From Desulfatiglandales bacterium (lineage in GTDB: Bacteria; Desulfobacterota; DSM-4660; Desulfatiglandales; Desulfatiglandaceae): 64,000 bases of DNA. Shown here piece by piece: positions 62,054-64,000 of this stretch. A program made the translations under genes and the position numbers. Where the stretch lies: the NCBI GenBank assembly GCA_963662465.1, contig OY759599.1, positions 2,752,001 to 2,816,000 on the forward strand. The letters are read 5' to 3'. The notes under the pieces are model-generated. The model did no database searches. It was not told the DNA's origin and saw only the letters and a program-made list of their open reading frames with translations. Numbering within the stretch: position 1 is the first letter of the stretch; every line of letters starts with the position of its first letter.

Positions 62054-62527
62054 GGTGATCAGTTGATAAGAGTTTGCTATTTTCAGGGATGAGACATAGA
62101 GAAATAGTTGTGGTTCAAGAGAAAACAAACCACCAGATTTTTGGTATTGGTTCTGGGTGAAGCAAACGAAGGGTGGGAGTGATTGCCGCAGGGCTTGATG
62201 TGAAAACTCAGGCCTTGCAAAACGTTAGGAATCAGCGAGATTCCAAGCTGATCCGGATGCAGCACTACATCAAATTCTCAGGGCTTTTTTAAAATTATGA
62301 AGCGTATGCCTCTGATCGGATATTCGGGAATACGGTAAAGGTAAACTGACAACATAACGTGCATCAATCCTGCATTTCTCTTCACCCAATTTAGGCCGAT
62401 TTTCAAACGTTTGTAAACCGAAAAATTTAGAAGTGTCCAACGCAAGGTTACATATGTCAACCTTGAAGTCACAGATTTCACTTTCAAAGACCAATTTCCC
62501 GGGATCTCACCAGAAAATAAAAATATT

Positions 62528-63451
62528 TCATCCCACTTCTCCATCAGCGCTACTTAATTGCTCTGGATAAATTGCCGGATTTTGCCCATCCGCCCCGACG
62601 GCATCTGATACAATCCAGGAAGGGGGTTTCATCCTGCCCCCGCTCACATCTTTCATCACCACATCCAGTGCAGTCTCCTGAAGAGCCCCATCCATGCCTG
62701 TGATCCATATATCCACCAAAAACCGGTTCGGATGGACCTCTTTGGGAAAAATCCCGGCGGTATAGGTGTTTCCCGATCGGGTCGGCGAAAACAGCCGGCG
62801 CAAGCCGAAACCCACGGGAAAACCCACCAACCCAGTGTAACGCTGTCCCCAGACACAAGCCGCTTGAAACGCCGCATCCAGGGGAAAGGGCGAGCCCAGA
62901 GGTCCTGGAAGATCGCCCAACGGCGCCGCGTAAACCTTTGCCGTGGCGCCGTTCCCGGAAATGGCGACCCCGTCTTTCAGGTTGTGGTAACTGGAACCGA
63001 AGGGCACCAGATCTTTGTAGATGGTTTCAACGGAAATATGGTATTCGGGCGCCACCGGAATTTCCAAAGGGGCCGAATCGGGATCATTGAAAGTATCATG
63101 GAAACAAAGGGTTGCATGTTCCAGGGTTCGGGTGATCATGGCCCTTCCGAATCTGACCCGGGTGATGAGCCTTGAAACCACCATGCCGTCATCAAAAACC
63201 TCAAGATCATTGAAGGCATTGATTGGACGCCCGGTCTCTTCAATGATCAGGAACTTGTCAAATTTTGCATTCTTGATGCAGTGAACAGCATTTCCCGGCA
63301 GATATTTCAGGGTGGATGCCGCCAGAATTTGCATGGCTTCCACCGCCGGCAGAACGACTTTGCCCTGGAATCGATGGTCCATCAGGTAGGGCGCGACGTT
63401 TATGTTCAGGGGCAGCCGCACCCTGTGGGTTATCCGGGAAAAACTTTCCAT
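62528..63451 (-). CDS. Polyketide-synthase-type (double hotdog) dehydratase, standalone
   Basis: YLMDHRFQGKVVLPA (HxxxGxxxxP) and PLDAAFQ catalytic motifs. Confidence 0.8.
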   Translation of the reverse strand: MESFSRITHRVRLPLNINVAPYLMDHRFQGKVVLPAVEAMQILAASTLKYLPGNAVHCIKNAKFDKFLIIEETGRPINAFNDLEVFDDGMVVSRLITRVRFGRAMITRTLEHATLCFHDTFNDPDSAPLEIPVAPEYHISVETIYKDLVPFGSSYHNLKDGVAISGNGATAKVYAAPLGDLPGPLGSPFPLDAAFQAACVWGQRYTGLVGFPVGFGLRRLFSPTRSGNTYTAGIFPKEVHPNRFLVDIWITGMDGALQETALDVVMKDVSGGRMKPPSWIVSDAVGADGQNPAIYPEQLSSADGEVG

Positions 63452-63909
63452 AAATGCCGGGTCTTTTCATCGATGGCCACGGGAGAACCCGAAGCGTTAA
63501 GGGCGCAGTGGCGGGTAAACCCCTTGCAGATGATGTCTCCGGTTTCCCCGTGGGTAATCACATAATCGAATTGCAGGCGGACCCGTTCGAGTTTTCCGGG
63601 AATCGTATGAATCCACATGGGGTCATCGTAGCGCAGGGGCGCGTGGTAGGTAACGCCCAGCTCAATGATGGGATAAATATGCCCCCCCGCTTCAATCTCC
63701 CGGTAGGGGTACGCCGTATCCCGCATCATGGACGCCCTTCCCAACTCAAAAAACCGAAAATAGTTGGAATGGTACACCAGCCCGGATCGATCCGTATCCG
63801 CGTAGAGGACGCGACTGCCGCACCGATGCCAGATACGGTTATCCGTCTTGTCCTGAACATAGGGGCGGTTATCCTGAAGCGGTTTGGGAATAAAGGGTTT
63901 AGGCCTCAT
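63430..63909 (-). CDS. YbgC/4HBT-family acyl-CoA thioesterase
   Basis: RVLYADTDRSGLVYHSNYFRFFELGR, YHAPLRYDD. Confidence 0.9.
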   Translation of the reverse strand: MRPKPFIPKPLQDNRPYVQDKTDNRIWHRCGSRVLYADTDRSGLVYHSNYFRFFELGRASMMRDTAYPYREIEAGGHIYPIIELGVTYHAPLRYDDPMWIHTIPGKLERVRLQFDYVITHGETGDIICKGFTRHCALNASGSPVAIDEKTRHLWKVFPG

Positions 63910-64000
63910 CTTGTCCCTCCAAAAACCACGCAGCAGTTGGTTCCTCCGAACCCGAATGCGTTGGAGAGAAAAATGTCATGGTCCATTTTCCGGGTCCTGT
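63906..64000 (-). CDS. Beta-ketoacyl-ACP synthase (FabF-like), 3' end only
   Basis: RTRKMDHDIFLSNAFGFGGTNCCVVFGGTR*; ATGA-coupled to the thioesterase. Confidence 0.85.
   Translation of the reverse strand, partial: RTRKMDHDIFLSNAFGFGGTNCCVVFGGTR

Larger units (their letters stand above)
51781..62065 (+). repeat. Tandem ~4.9 kb duplication (51781-56740 and 57135-62065)
   Basis: Both units start TCATCCATTTCAG upstream of the RHS gene and end TGAG(A/G)TGATC(G/A)GTTG after the small YD gene. Confidence 0.95.

Noticed and set aside
46105..62500. Intact prophage or ICE at tRNA-Glu
   Set aside because: The integrase is a fragment, there are no structural or conjugation genes, and I saw no duplicated tRNA 3' end in the window.
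62066..62527. Short ORFs between the RHS tandem and the dehydratase
   Set aside because: No recognisable motifs or RBS; possibly more degraded fragments, but I could not assign them.

Overview
Bacterial chromosome segment; gene content suggests a sulfate-reducing or syntrophic Desulfobacterota (inference). (1) 1-19.6 kb: FprA flavodiiron protein, FmdE, TolC, a tight four-gene minus-strand operon (signal-peptide dikinase-like enzyme with phospho-His and ATP-grasp domains, NTT/TLC nucleotide transporter, secreted SHGC-motif L,D-transpeptidase-like protein, NTT-HEAT-cNMP fusion), a divergent secreted 5'-nucleotidase, a SWIM-SNF2 helicase and glycosyltransferases. (2) 19.7-46.1 kb: mostly housekeeping genes (UbiB-family kinase, leuB, cysK, mrcA, DksA-like, lspA, ileS, EndoQ, DHH, mgtE, uvrC, hisD, GcvH/Lpl/LipS1-like, tRNA-Lys, tRNA-Glu), interrupted at 31.7-34.2 kb by a RAYT/REP locus with an Rpn nuclease gene. 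(3) 46.1-64 kb: a decayed island after tRNA-Glu made of many short gene fragments, a BrnT/BrnA pair with integron-cassette boundaries, an AAA ATPase, a tandem ~4.9 kb duplication of a secreted RHS protein plus a small YD-repeat partner, then dehydratase, thioesterase and FabF genes. The best candidate for an undescribed system is the exported-dikinase + twin-NTT operon (3265-12580). All calls come from reading motifs by eye; no database searches were run.
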